Notes: generated from the sequence alone by a model not told the origin. Shown: positions 44,760 to 57,629, counted from the first letter of the stretch. The stretch is 64,000 nucleotides of DNA from Bdellovibrionales bacterium (GCA_965219095.1 CBDCMT010000001.1:2333095-2397094), one strand, 5' to 3'. Made by a program: numbers and translations.

Positions 44760-47259
44760 GACGGTAAATCAAAAAGACAGGTCACTGGTTTAAGCCATGA
44801 TAGTGACCCTAAAGTACTTGCAGAAGGAGGTGATTTTCGAGACAAATTCTAAACCCTTTAGCTGTCCTGTTTTTTAAGTCCTCAAAGGGTGTTTCCCCTT
44901 TTTTTCGATTAAGCCTGTATTTTTGTGAAGGCTTACTCGAAAAAAAGGAAAAAGCAAAAACAAAGATGTAAAATAGGATTTCAAGACTTTATTTATAAAT
45001 AACCCAAATTCCACGCTAAAAATGATCACTACTGGTTTTCATTTCTCTGAGAAGTTTTTTGTCAATAGCCTTTATGATATTTTCTTGAATTTTGCTTAGA
45101 GCAACTGTTCGAGACATTTGAATTTTTTTCTTTTTATCAGAAAAATAAACTTTGTACAGGTTCTCTAGCTCTTTTAATGCTTGAATTAGCGAAATATCCA
45201 AATTGTAGAGATGTAACTTTAATACGGAAAGCAGAAGATAAGATAAATAACAAATAAAAACATGAGCCACTACTCTGTTGCAAAGCCAGTGTCGCACAGG
45301 ATTTAAATTTGTAACTCCTTTTAAAATTCTGAAAGCTCTTTCTACGACATCTTTATCAAAATAAAGTTTGACCATATCTTTACCAGAAATATTCTTTGTA
45401 GAAAATATACAGGAGTACCCATCAAATTCTTCTGCTTTTTTCAGCTCCTGATCCCTGATCTTTCCTGTGGGAGTTAGATATTTTTTCAGCCCCTCCTTAA
45501 TGGACTTGTTTTGAGATAGACAGTTTTGAGCAGCAACTATCTCATCATATCTCGCCTCTCGAATTGCATCCTTTCTTTTATGGTTGTAGCAGATTGCCAG
45601 TTTTCCTTTAACTTGGCCAAATGTATAATTCATGCTTTTAACGTAAAAAGTATTCTTGTTCAAAATTACCCTATTTGAAACGTTTACTATAGAACCGGAC
45701 TTTAAAAAATTTCGTACTGTCTTCTTCTCAACCTCTCTCATAGGAATTCCGCACAATGTATTCCAACCCAATTCCCCTGTAAGAAAGGTTTTTAGACGAT
45801 GCTATACCTCGATCATACACCAATAGGCCAGAACGAAGATTGTATTCTGAAAAACTATTAACAAGTGCCGTCAATGTCCTGCTATCGTGAATGTTACCCT
45901 TAAAGGTCTTGTGAAAAACAGGAATCCCTTCTTCTTGAGTTACAGCAAGACCTATCTGAATCAGAGGACTCTTCCTTTTCCCATCTTTGCTGTACCCTGG
46001 GTTACCTAGTTGACATTTACTTCCATAAAAATAAGTGTTAGTAACATCAGACAATTTTATTAGATGATAACTTGTATTCTTTTTTAACATTTTCAAAAAT
46101 ACGTTTCTGCAAAGATGGAGCCTTGGATTCGTTAAGCTGATCGAGAGCTGAAAAAAGCCTTCTTTCAGTCAGCCCATCTAAGTTTAAAATGCTGTTTAAA
46201 TCTGTTCGTTCATACCATGATGGCATATTATTGACGCTTCTGTAATCCAAGCAATGAGCATAGACCATACTTAGTATTTCATCTGAATAATTGCCAAGAA
46301 CTTCGGGAAGACCAACTTTTTTTGCAAGGGCATGAAGAACAATCAAGGGACCACTGATCTTAACTTTATCGAATTGAATGTTCTCGGAAGATATAGAGAT
46401 AACACGCTTATGATTCACCTCCTTTCCAAGATATCTCAAGTACTTCTGTACGACCTTGCCCTTGACCCGGACATTTTTCACCTCTGCTAAATAAGTGCTG
46501 CCTCCTCTTTTAATCTTCTTTATAAAACTCATAGTAGTTACCATTATGGTAACTACTTAAAAATAGAAGGGCAAGAGCTTTTCACAGAAAAAAAAGGCAA
46601 TAACCCCATTTTTACTGGAAAACTTCCATCTTATGGAACTTATCTTACTGTTAGAGCAATGTAGTGATCATTTTTAGCGTGGAATTTGGGTAAATAAACC
46701 AACAAAGGAGGAAAATAAAATGTATGATCACTATATAGCCGTAGATTGGGCACAAAGTAACATGGCCATTGCAAGGATGACAGGCAAATCAAAAGATATT
46801 AAGACTATGGACACGATTTCAGATCTTGGAAATCTTCGTGCCTATTTAAAAACTCTGAAAGGTAAGAAGATATTGACTATCGAAGAGACTACAACTTCGA
46901 TAGTGGTTGTATTCAGAATTAAAGGATAGTGTTGATGAACTCATAGTCTGTGATCCTCTTTGGAACAGACTTTTAAGTGAAGGGGCTAAAATAAGTGAAG
47001 GGGCTAAAATTGATAAAATTGATGCTGAAAAACTTATTTTATTGTTACGCTCTGGCCTTTTGAAACCAGTTTTTCACTCAGGTGATGAATTCATTTACCT
47101 TCGTAAGATTGTCAGTGGGTATGAAGATGTGGTTAAAAGAGGAGTTCGTGTTAAAAACCAAAGATCAGCTCTGTTTCGAGCTTCCCATCTTGATGCTAAG
47201 AAGCAGACTCAATTAAAACGGGCGGAAGATATATTTGTTCTAGAAGGCTTAGATAAAGC
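44760..47259 (+). mobile_element. IS110/IS1111 element copy A (interrupted by IS1634-like A, truncated by IS66-B end)
   Basis: DEDD RuvC-like N-terminus YIAVDW...EE...KIDKIDA at 46720-47263 (frameshifted); left end follows TAATACC...TTC-GAC. Confidence 0.85.
45003..46690 (-). mobile_element. IS1634-like element A, second full-length copy
   Basis: Same three ORF translations as 28697-30384; TAAATAA duplication. Confidence 0.93.
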
Positions 47260-47420
47260 GTAAGTCGGTTATCTGACCGCCCTTGACTCCTACGAGAGGT
47301 ATATTTCTTAGATTTTCAAGGGGAAGTTTTTATGGATCTTATTGTAAAACGTTTTCCTAATGCCTTTCCCATTACAAAAATATTAGAGAAGTTCTTCTAG
47401 AATAATTCTTAGTTTTTTTT
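47260..47420 (-). mobile_element. IS66 element B right-end remnant
   Basis: GTAAGTCGGTT end; reverse-complement similarity to about 57405-57580. Confidence 0.8.
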
Positions 47421-47477
47421 GCCTCCTCAAAAGAATCTGTGATTCCCGGAGGTTCTGGCAGTTTTCCAAGCTTGTGA

Positions 47478-49063
47478 TATACTGATTGCACTTCAAAATC
47501 CACATACAGAGAGTGAGGTCTAGTTTTTGTTAAAATGTCTTGATAACACAGAGTTTTATGTAAACAATATTTTTTATGGGAGCCTTGTTATCAAAAAAAA
47601 AAGCGTCAAGAGCTTTCATCAGTATTAAAGCGAGAAGATAAGAAAAGATATGCTTATCGGATCCATATCATTCTTCTGTTGGATGATAGTTATAGTCAGC
47701 GTAAGATATCGGAGCTATTTTTTCTTGATCCTGGTTCTATTAACCGATGGCTTCAGAAGTATAAAGAAGGAAGAATAGACCTTTTAATAGCAGATTCCCG
47801 GGAGGAGGCGAATCTTTATCATAAAGCCAAGGACATTGGTGTGTATATAAAGAAAACTTTCGGAGTAGAATATTCAGAAAGTGGCATAACCACCTTACTT
47901 AACCGTCTGGACTTTGTTTATAAGAAGACCAAAGGAGTTCCAGGAAAAGCTAAAAAAGAAGATCAATTAAAGTTCATTAAGAAGCTTTGTCTAAAGAAGA
48001 AGGAAAAAGAGTGATATTTACTTTTTGGATGTGACTCATCCAACCCATAACACAGTACTCTCTTATGCATGGATCAAGAAGGGTGAGGAGAAGGAAGTTT
48101 TAACTAACTCAGCTGGTCGCAGGATCAATTATTTAGGAGCAATCAATATTAACAATCATAAACAAATCATCAGGGGTTATAAGACGATTAATCAGTTTAC
48201 GGTGTCTCGGTTTTTAAAAGATCTGAGACGTCAATCTGGTTCTTCCAAAGAGCTTGTTGTAGTGTTAGATCAAGCACGAACTCATCAGTCAGATTTACCT
48301 AAATTTGGGGTCAAAAATATACACTACATTTTTCATTTCAAAAGACTTTTATCTTTTGAGTAATTTCCCAATAGATCCGGAAGCTTGATTTTTTTGGCTA
48401 TTTTGTCTAAAACAATAAGGGGTCCATGGATTTTAACTTCAGAAATTTGAAATCTTCTGAGTTGAGGGAAATCACTTTTTTATTGTTGACTTCTTTTCCC
48501 ATATAACGGATGTGCTTTTGTATAACCTTGCTCTTAATTCTTTTGTTTTCTACTTCAGCCAAACAAATCTTATCACCCTTTTTTATCTTTCTTACTAAGC
48601 TCATAATACCTTCCTAATGTAGTGTATTCTATATACACTACATTAGGAATTAGTCAATAGCAAATCTCTTTTACCTCTTTCTCAAATTTTGTCTTTATTA
48701 GAGGGAAAATGGCCCTTCTCAAACTTTAAAGCTCTTAGAGGGCTTATAGTGTATATTTTTAACCCCGAATTTAGGAGATTTAGTAAAGAAAACAGCTAAA
48801 AAACTAAATATAACGTTATTTTTTTTGCCAGCTTACAGCTCTAATCTTTAATCTCATAGAGAGATATTGGAAGTTTTTCAAGAAAAAGGTTCTTTACAAC
48901 AAATATTATGAAACATTTAATGAATTTCAAACTGCTTACATCTCTTTTTTTCGATCCTCAAGAAAATATAACAAAGAATTAAGCAACCTCTTGACCTACA
49001 ACTTCCATGTGTATGATTCTTCCTAAAAAATTAATGTGTGGATTTTGAAGTGCAATCAGTATA
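47478..49063 (+). mobile_element. IS630 element B, decayed and interrupted
   Basis: IRs TATACTGATTGCACTTCAAAATCCACA; transposase pieces 47679-48014, 48025-48297 and 48783-49026. Confidence 0.88.
48298..48775 (-). mobile_element. Internally deleted IS1634-like element B
   Basis: IRs CCTAAATT(T/C)GGGGT(C/T)AAAAATATACACTA; AGATTTA duplication; N-terminal ORF 48407-48604 homologous to element A. Confidence 0.88.
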
Positions 49064-50196
49064 TAGTGCTTCCGTTTAAGTTTTCCGTTTTTTTTGAGTT
49101 GAGGTCTAGTTTTTATTCTAAGGCCTTGATAAAAAGTCATTTATTTTTAAAAATAGTTTCATATGTCAGGGTTTCTATCAAAAAAAGAGCGAAAAGATTT
49201 ACTCTATGAACTATCTTTAGAAAGAAATCTTAGGTACGGAAAAAGGATTATGACAATTCTCCATTTAGATAAAGGTGAGTTGTGTAAAGATATTTCCCGT
49301 TTTCTTTTCCTTGATGAGGGCACGATAAGAGCCTGTAGAGATCGTTATAACAAAGGCGGGATAGAGTGCTTAATCAACGACAATTACAACCCTAAAAGGT
49401 CCTTTTTAACTAACGAAAGAGGAGAAAATGCTTTTAAAGGAATTAGAGAAAAGAATTTTTCCATCATCACAGACCGTTATTCAGTTCATTGAGGAGAATT
49501 TTGGTGTTACGTACTCAACAAGTGGTGTAATTGATCTTCTCCATCGCCTTGGTTTTTCTTATAAAAAAGCCACAGCGATACCGGGTAAGGTAAAGAAAGA
49601 AGAGCAGGAAAAGTTTGTGCGTAAATACAAGAGAATTAAGAAGAAAGACGGTCCTGTTTACTTTGCTGATTCCACACATCCTAAGTGGGGCCCTACGATT
49701 TCATATGGTTGGATAAGAGAGGGTAAGAAGTTTGAAGTGAAGACCAATTCAGGCTGGAGAAAAAGAGTGAATGTTTGTGGAGCTATTGAGATCAATAGTT
49801 TGAAGAAGGTAGTCAGGAGTTATAAGACAGTTAACCATGTTTCCATATCTGATATGCTCTATCATATTCATTAAGAAGTATTCCGATGAAAAAGAGATTC
49901 ATCTTATCTTAGATGGGGCCGGATACAATAGATCGAAGTCTGTCAAGAAGTTAGCGAAAGAGTTGAATATAAAACTTGTTTATCTTCCTCCGTACTCACC
50001 GAATTTAAATCCTATAGAAAGGCTTTGGAAGTTTATGAAAAAAGAGGTCACGGCGAATCGATATTATGAAAACTATGACGATTTCAAGGGAAGTTTAAGT
50101 CAATTTTTTAGAGGAATACGAAAACACAGATCTAAATTAGAAACTTTGATAACTTCTCCATCTTAGGAACCTGAAAACCTAAACGGAAGCACTATA
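49062..50196 (+). mobile_element. IS630 element A, copy 3 (divergent, extra frameshift)
   Basis: IRs; ORFs 49163-49492, 49428-49874, 49837-50166. Confidence 0.93.
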
Positions 50197-50268
50197 TAGT
50201 GAATACGCTTAGATTTTCCGGTCGATTCTATAGAAAAAAAACCTGAAAACTTAAACAGAAGCACTATA
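50195..50268 (+). mobile_element. 74-bp miniature derivative of IS630 element A
   Basis: Degenerate IRL and IRR separated by about 20 bp. Confidence 0.75.
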
Positions 50269-50447
50269 TAGCTTTAAGTGTGATAGTTTTAATGTTGAAA
50301 TTATATTTTTGAGGCTGTCCAAAATAACTGAGTACACAATTAAAAGGGTATGAGCAAGGAATTTTCCTTGCTTTTTTGATTAGCTTAATTATAATAAGTT
50401 TATGGAGATTTATCTTTTTTAGATAATATTAATTAAAAAGGCTATAT

Positions 50448-51617
50448 ATGGACCCTAGAATTAACCCTTATTCTCCTGGAGCAGGAACTATTCCTCAGAC
50501 ACTGGCAGGAAGGGATCAACTTTTTGAAAACGTAGACATAGAGCTTGATCGATGTTGCAGAGGTTATTCTTATAGAGGGCAAATTTTAGTAGGTCTTCGA
50601 GGTGTAGGTAAAACAGTGTTACTCAATAAACTATTCAATGAAGCCGAGTCGAAAGGTTATTGTTCTATACTTATAGAAACCCCTGAAAATCGATCCCTTC
50701 CATCTATGTTGATCCCTCCTTTCAGAAATATCTTGATTTCTTCTAGTTTAACTTCAAAAACAGCAGTTGGTGTAAAAAAAGTTCTTAGACTCTTAGGAGG
50801 TTTTGTTAGTGCTATGAAGATAAAATATAAGGACATTGAATTTAGTTTGGACACTGAAAACGAAAAAGGAGCTGATACTGGTGATTTAGAAAACGACTTA
50901 ACAAGATTGTTAATAGAAATGGGAAGTCTTGCTCAAAAACAACAGACTTCTATAGTTTTATTTATTGATGAAATTCAGTACATTAAAGAAGAACAATTAG
51001 CCTCTCTGATTGTAGCCTTACATAAATGCACTCAAAAACAACTTCCAGTAATTCTCGTAGGAGCTGGTTTGCCTCAAGTTCGCTTTAAGGCCGGACGAGC
51101 TAAATCATATGCAGAAAGACTCTTTGAATATCCCAAAGTTGGACCTCTTGATAGAGAGGCTGCCATTCAAGCTATTAGTGAACCAGCAGAAAAGCAAGGA
51201 GTGAGGTTTCAGAAAAATGCCTTAAATGAAATTTTTAAAATAACAGAAGGCTACCCATATTTTATTCAGGAGTGGGGTAGGCATTGTTGGAAGGTTGCTA
51301 AATCATCTCCTATCACTTTGAACCATGTAAAAACGGCAACTGATTTAGCTTTAAATGAATTAGATAATGGTTTTTTTCGTGTGCGTCTTGATCGTTGTAC
51401 TCCTCTTGAAAAAACTTATTTAAGAGCTATGGCTACATTAGGTCTGGATGATCAAAAGTCAGGGGATATTGCCAAGGAAATGAAAAAAACTTCTCAGCAA
51501 GTAGCTCCCATTAGAGCAAGTTTAATGAGCAAAGGAATCATTTATAGCCCAGCTCACGGTGATAATAAATTTACCGTTCCCTTGTTTGATGAATTTATGA
51601 AAAGAGCTAAGCTGTGA
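50448..51617 (+). CDS. Stand-alone AAA (STAND-like) ATPase with probable C-terminal winged helix
   Basis: NPYSPGAG..P..LAGR, GLRGVGKT, FIDEIQ, GYPYFIQ. Confidence 0.88.
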   Translation: MDPRINPYSPGAGTIPQTLAGRDQLFENVDIELDRCCRGYSYRGQILVGLRGVGKTVLLNKLFNEAESKGYCSILIETPENRSLPSMLIPPFRNILISSSLTSKTAVGVKKVLRLLGGFVSAMKIKYKDIEFSLDTENEKGADTGDLENDLTRLLIEMGSLAQKQQTSIVLFIDEIQYIKEEQLASLIVALHKCTQKQLPVILVGAGLPQVRFKAGRAKSYAERLFEYPKVGPLDREAAIQAISEPAEKQGVRFQKNALNEIFKITEGYPYFIQEWGRHCWKVAKSSPITLNHVKTATDLALNELDNGFFRVRLDRCTPLEKTYLRAMATLGLDDQKSGDIAKEMKKTSQQVAPIRASLMSKGIIYSPAHGDNKFTVPLFDEFMKRAKL

Positions 51618-52016
51618 TAGTCGCAACTATCACAGTTTAAGGATCGCTATAGAACTTTCTGCCTATGGACAGTTGAGAGCGTCCAATGAGTTAAGGAAAA
51701 AAGGAATTTTTATTTCTCCTGCAGGAGTTAGAGGGGTCTGGCTAAGAAATAATTTAGAGACTTTCAAAAAGCGTTTGAAAGCTTTAGAAAAGAAGTCTGC
51801 AGAGGAAGGCTTGGTTTTCACAGAGGAGCAGTTACAAGCCCTAGAGAAGAAGAAACAAGAGGATTTAGAGTGCGGAGAGGTAGAGACAGCTCATCCTGGT
51901 TATTTAGGCTCACAGGACACTTTTTATGTGGGAACTATGAAAGGTGTAAGACGTCTTTATCAACAAACCTTTGTGGACACTTACTCAAAAATTGCTTTCT
52001 GTAAGCTCTATAAAAC
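51613..52016 (+). pseudogene. IS481 left end plus internal transposase fragment
   Basis: Near-identical to part of 36028-37071. Confidence 0.88.
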
Positions 52017-52169
52017 GGAAGCACTATATACACTACTACAGATAGTAGTCAATGGCAAACCCCTTTCTTTTTCAAGAAATCTTGTCTTTTCTCAGAGGCA
52101 GAAAGACCGTTTTAAGATATTTTAAATGTTAGGATGTTTGTAGTGGATATTTTTTGCCCCGAATTTAGG
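52012..52169. mobile_element. IS630-A end and IS1634-like B-type end remnants
   Basis: AAACGGAAGCACTATA; TAGTGGATATTTTTTGCCCCGAATTTAGG. Confidence 0.7.
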
Positions 52170-52174
52170 TAATT

Positions 52175-54099
52175 CCTGAAATCTGTTAATTTTGGTACTA
52201 GGTTTCAGGACTAAGAGCCTGTTTTTTTTCAACAGAATACTCCTGATAAATCATAAGAACGAGTTAATTTAGTCTCATTGAGTTTTTCTGGAGAACTTAT
52301 AACACACTATTTTTATAGGTCTTTTTAAAGCTATGTTTTTCATAGGCTCTGTTTTTGGATTGAAATTTGATCCTGTCGTTAAGAGTTTTGAGCCATCAAC
52401 AGGGAGTTGACAAAGCCCCTAAAACATAGTTCAATTTGAACTATGTCTTATAGGTATGAAGAGAAAAGAAATGGAAGCATCTATGTGTATGAGATAAGCA
52501 GTTACTGGGACAAAGAAAAAAAACAATCTCGTCAGAGAAGAGTTTATTTGGGCAAGAAGAATCAATCTACGGGGAAGCTTGAAGCCAAGTTGAACAAACA
52601 TCCTATAGGTTCTGTAGGTGTTGGGGGGGTGCATCTTTTGCGAGAGATCAGCAAGCAATTAAATTTAGTGAAGGTGTTAAAGAAAGTTTTTCCGAAAGAA
52701 TATGAGAAGGTTCTTTATTTGTCTTTTTTTAAAGTGATTAGGGGGGAAGCTTATTATCTTTATCCGTATTGGTGTCAAGAATCCTTTGTTTCTTCCAAGA
52801 ATTGTCTTAATTCACCGGACATAAGTAATTTTCTTTTATCTATAGGTTTAGACGAGCAGAGAGTGGAGAGATTTTTTATGGAGTGGATTGGTGTACACAG
52901 AGAAAGCTCCAGAGTTTTTATGTTTGATATTACATCTATATCTTCTTATGGTGTTGAGAATGAGTTTTTAGAAAGGGGTTATAATCGAGATGGTGAGTCT
53001 TTGGATCAAGTCAATTTAGGAGTTTTAAGTCAGAGCAAGGAAGGTTTAGGCAAAGGAAGTTCAAGCCTTCCTTTGGGTTATCGATTGTATCCGGGCAGTA
53101 TTACTGATGTTGTGTCATTAAGGAGCGTGTTACAGTTAGCCAAGGAATACGATTTAGATTTGAAGTGTTTTGTTTTAGATAAAGGGTTTTACAGCCAAGA
53201 AAACATAAAAGATTTAAACAGGGAGGCTTCATCGTATATCGTCCCTATGAGCTTTAGTACGAGTCTATCCCATGCTTTATTGGGATCTGTGAGTAAGGAG
53301 CTTGATTCAATTCCCTCTTCGTTTGTATTCCGTGGTCAAGTTTATTCTTACTGCAAACGAGAAATTAAAATTGGAAAGACTCGTTGTATGGCTCATATAT
53401 ATTTGGATGAAAAGAGAAGGGTGTCTAAAAAAAATGAAATGCTATTGAAGTTGGATTGTTTTGAGCGAAGATTTTCTAAGAAGAAATTTAGGACAAAGAA
53501 AGAGTGCGATGAGTGCATAGCAGAAACCTTAAAGAGTGCCAAGAAGCGCTTTACAGTTGTCAAGAAAAAGGGAGGTTTTTTTATTTCGAAAGATTTGGAT
53601 TATATTAAAAAGCAGATGCGAAAAATGGGTGTGTTGATTTTACTTACCGATTGCGATCAAAAGCTTTCAAAAGATGAGATCTTAGATTTGTATAGAAACA
53701 AAGATAGCATTGAAAAGATTTTTTTGTCTTTCAAGCATGATATAAATGAAAAGCGAGCGAGGACTCATTCGCTACAAACCATGAGAGGAAGTTTATTTAT
53801 TAACTTTATAGCTTTAATTTTAATCTCTCACATAAACAATGTGATGAAAGAAAAGAATCTGTACAAGAAATTTTCAAAAACAGAGGTCTATAAAATTTTA
53901 GATAAATTAAAGTTCTATAAATTGGCCACAGGACAAACAAGATTAGGAGAGTTGTCCGGTAAGCAAAAGAGCCTTTATAAAGCTTTTAATGTGACTCGGG
54001 AAATCCCACACAGCTTTAAGTTGTAAAATCCCCTCTGACTAATGCGACGCATTACGAGGGCCGAATAAAAACCTAGTACCAAAATTAACAGATTTCAGG
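52175..54099 (+). mobile_element. IS1634-like element C, intact transposase 52443-54026
   Basis: 31-bp perfect IRs CCTGAAATCTGTTAATTTTGGTACTAGGTTT; GTAATT duplication; FDITS, GYNRD, LDKGF, IEKIF. Confidence 0.93.
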
Positions 54100-54476
54100 G
54101 TAATTGACTTTCTATCTTTTGAAAAATAAATGTCTCCGTACACAAAAGACTTCCATTTTAAACAATCATTTAGTATAGTCTTCAAAAGCATCTTTTCCCT
54201 CCTTTGTTTTTTTGAATAACATTTTAAGGCATCTGGGAAGTAGGTGCTTCTTTTTTAAAATTTTAATGTAACACAGCAAATAAAATGAATGTTTTTGAGT
54301 TCAATCACCGGAGGTGATAGAGGCCAGTAAGGGCCTCAAAGAACTCAAAAATACAAGATAGGATGTCTTACTCTTACTTTGATTAATATGAGCCTTTTTG
54401 GGGGATTTCTACTACTTTTCACCCACAGATTCTTTTGAGGAGGCAAAAGCTTTAATTGATCTTCTTTAGCCTTTTT

Positions 54477-54939
54477 CGGTAAATAGAAAAAGCAAGGTCA
54501 CTGGTTTAAGCCATGATAGTGATCCTGAAGTACTTGCAGAAGGAGGTGAGCTTCTCGAGACAAATTCTAAACCCTTTAGCTGCTATTGCTTTTTAAGGCC
54601 TCAAAGGGTGTTTTCCCTTTTTTTCGATTAAGCCTGTATTTTAGGCTTACTCAAAAAAAAGGAAAAAGCAAAAAAAAGATGTAAAATAGGATTTCAAGAC
54701 TTTATTTATGAACAACCAACAAAGGAGGAAAATAAAATGTATGATCACTATATAGCCGTAGATTGGGCACAAAGTAACATGGCCATTGCAAGGATGACAG
54801 GCAAATCAAAAGATATTAAGACTATGGACACGATTTCAGATCTTGGAAATCTTCGTGCCTATTTAAAAACTCTGAAAGGTAAGAAGATATTGACTATCGA
54901 AGAGACTACGACTTCACAGTGGTTGTATTCAGAATTAAA
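54477..54939 (+). mobile_element. IS110/IS1111 element copy B (left end and N-terminal fragment)
   Basis: Homologous leader and MYDHYIAVDW ORF at 54737; truncated at GAGGATGTCCC. Confidence 0.85.
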
Positions 54940-55028
54940 GAGGATGTCCCATTTCTCGGTGGAATTAGTTAGAGGGCGATTTCATGTTTAAGCGACCTTT
55001 CTTTGTTTTGCAACCATTTTTTCTAAGT

Positions 55029-55400
55029 TGTAATAGACGTTATATGATCTGACAGTTACCCTTTCTGGGTTGATAAAAAACTGTCTGTCAGTTTTCGTTC
55101 TGTTCAATCATCTTTTGCCTTACTTTTTGTTTTCCGTCAAGGAAAGTTTCCATAGGTGTTCGACCACAACACATTTTTCCCTGATGAGTTCTCCTTTCAT
55201 TATATTTCACAAGCCACAAGTCAAGGTCAGACTGCAACTCTTCTATGCTTTTGTACACTTTTTTTCTAAACTCCACTTGATAAAACTCCTCTAAAATTGT
55301 TCTATGAAATCTTTCACAGATGCCATTGGTTTGAGGATGTCTTGCCTTTGTTTTTGTGTGTTCTATATTGTTGATAGCCAAATAAAGCTCATAATCGTGA
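55029..55400 (-). mobile_element. IS481 right-end fragment
   Basis: Near-identical to 35969-36340. Confidence 0.9.
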
Positions 55401-56651
55401 TGAACTTCCCCTGTTTTTGCGGACAGTCAATTTTCTCTTAAAGTCTCCATAAAATGGAGGTAAAAGAAAGAATGGAAAAAGTAAAACAGTACTCGGAAGA
55501 GTTTAAAAAGCAAGCCATTGAATTGGCAGAGGAAATAGGTGCAAAGGAAGCCTCAGAGAAGCTAGGACTGAGAAATTTCCAAGTGATAAGCTCTTGGAAG
55601 CGTTTTCTAAAGCCTGAAGTAGAAAGACAAGCTTCCCATGACTTGGCTTCGGCATTGGAGGAAATAAAGAGGTTAAAAAAGGAGCTGGTCTATGAGAGGC
55701 GGAGTGTAGGTATATTGAAAGAGGCAGCGGCTTTTTTTTCAAAGGAAATCCTGAAATGAGATTTAAGGCTATGTTTTATGTAAAAGAGAAAGGGCATCCA
55801 GTGCTTCGCATTTGCGAATTATTAAGAGGATCTCGTTCTGGTTTTTATAGTTTTTTAAAAACCAGGGGAAAGCTTGAAAAGGATAAAAATCTGGAGAAAA
55901 ACATAGAATCTATTTTTAAAAAAAATAAAGGCTGTTATGGTTCCCCCAGGGTGTATAGGGAATTAAAGCGTTGCGGAGTGAGTGCTGGAGAAAACAAAGT
56001 AGCTCGAATTATGAAACTAAAGAATCTCAGTGCCCGTCAGAAAAAACCCTATGTTCCTAGAACAACAAAGAATAACCCTCTCATGATTAAGTCTCCTCGG
56101 TTGTTTAAGACAGGACAGAGCCAAGCAGGAAAAGAAAACCAGGTATGGTGTTCGGATTTAACCTATATTCCTTTTAGAGATAAATTTCTGTATTTGGTTG
56201 TATTTTTAGATGTCTATAATCGAGAGATTAAGTCTTGGAAGCTCTGTGAGAGCTTGGACGGGGTTCATTCAAAACAGGCTCTGAGAGCCGCAGTCCAATC
56301 TGTTTCTGGGAACTTAGAGGGCTTGATAATCCACTCGGATCAAGGGGTTCAATATTGTTGTGAAGGGTTTAGAAAAGAATTGAAATTCTTTGGCCTCAAG
56401 CAATCTATGTCTAGGAAAGGAAATTGTTATGATAATGCGTTTGTGGAGAGCTTTTTCCATACGTTGAAGGATGAACTGGAATACAAAGACTGTACAACAA
56501 AGGAAGAGTTGGAAAAAAAAATTGCAATTTACATGGATTGGTATAACAAGGTAAGAATGCATTCTTCCTTGAAATACATGAGCCCAAAAGAATTTAAACA
56601 AAGGAGGGCTTTAAGAACATAAAAACTGTCCACTTTTTTGGGGGAAGATCA
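55401..56651 (+). mobile_element. IS3-family element (OrfA 55454-55759, OrfB 55756-56622)
   Basis: TGA...TCA IRs; ATGA overlap; T-TTT-TTT run; HSDQGVQY, GNCYDNAFVESFF. Confidence 0.95.
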
Positions 56652-57128
56652 CTTACGCTTCTCAAGGCTTTTTACCTCTGCTGTCTTTAAACACATCCCA
56701 CACTGAGAACACTCTGAGGGAGAGACAGTCTCCTCACTGTTTGTATCTTTACTGTTATCAAGTCTAGAGCCCTTTTTTTGACTCCCACTAGCTTTCTTAT
56801 TACGATTCCCTTGACGACTAAAATCTTGCGAAGGAGGAAGACCGCTGTTGCTGGAATTTTTTCGAACCTGTTTTTCTAAAAGCACAACAATCAGAATGTT
56901 CACAACCTTAAAGAGAGATTCAAAAACCACAGAAATCTCAGTAGGCACAGAACCTTTCTTTGCAAGCTTATCAAAGTCACTTCTTATATTTTCAATCTCA
57001 TTTCTGATGGAGGTCTTATTTATTGTCATTTGAAAAGAGTATTTAAAAGAAAATCTGTAAGAGCAAGACTTTTATCTTAAAACAGGTCTAAAGTTAGGGA
57101 TAACTGAACAATGTAGGTGAGCAGTTAC
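56652..57128 (-). mobile_element. IS66 element A left-end fragment
   Basis: Near-identical to 27242-27718, without the first frameshift. Confidence 0.9.
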
Positions 57129-57580
57129 AAAATTCCTATGATCAACAATGAAGCAGAAAGAACGATTCGGCATTCTGTGATGGGAAGAAAGAACTTTCAT
57201 GGGTCAAGGACTCAGAGAGGAGTTGAAACAGCATCAGTACTTTACAGTATTGTGGAAAGTTGTAAGAAGGTGGAATTAGATCCTAAGGACTATATTTTAA
57301 TGGTTGTGGGAAACTCCCTCGATAAGATACCTATTAAAACGCCTTTTGAGTATACAAGTGAGCTTCGTTCTTAAAGAATAAAGCACAAAGAAAATCAAAA
57401 TTACGAAAAAAAACTAAGAATTATTCTTTTAAGAACTTCTCTAATACTTTTGTAACGGGGAAGGCCTTAGGAAAACGTCTTACAACGCTGTTTTACAACA
57501 AGATCAATAAAAACTTCTCCTTTAAAATCTAAGAAATATCCTCCTCAGTAGAAGTCAAGGGCGGTCATATAACCGACTTA
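57129..57580 (+). mobile_element. IS66 element B TnpC C-terminus and right end
   Basis: NNEAERTIR..VMGRKN..GS motif; ends AACCGACTTAC. Confidence 0.85.
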
Positions 57581-57629
57581 CAAAGAAAATACTTTAAAAT
57601 CTAGATTAAAGTTAGGGGATTTTTTTACA

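Noticed and set aside
44735..44762. TAATACCAATT... as a terminal inverted repeat of the IS110 element itself
   Set aside because: No inverted partner at the right end of copy C, absent from copy B, and continuous with copy C's right flank at 35481; better explained as the target
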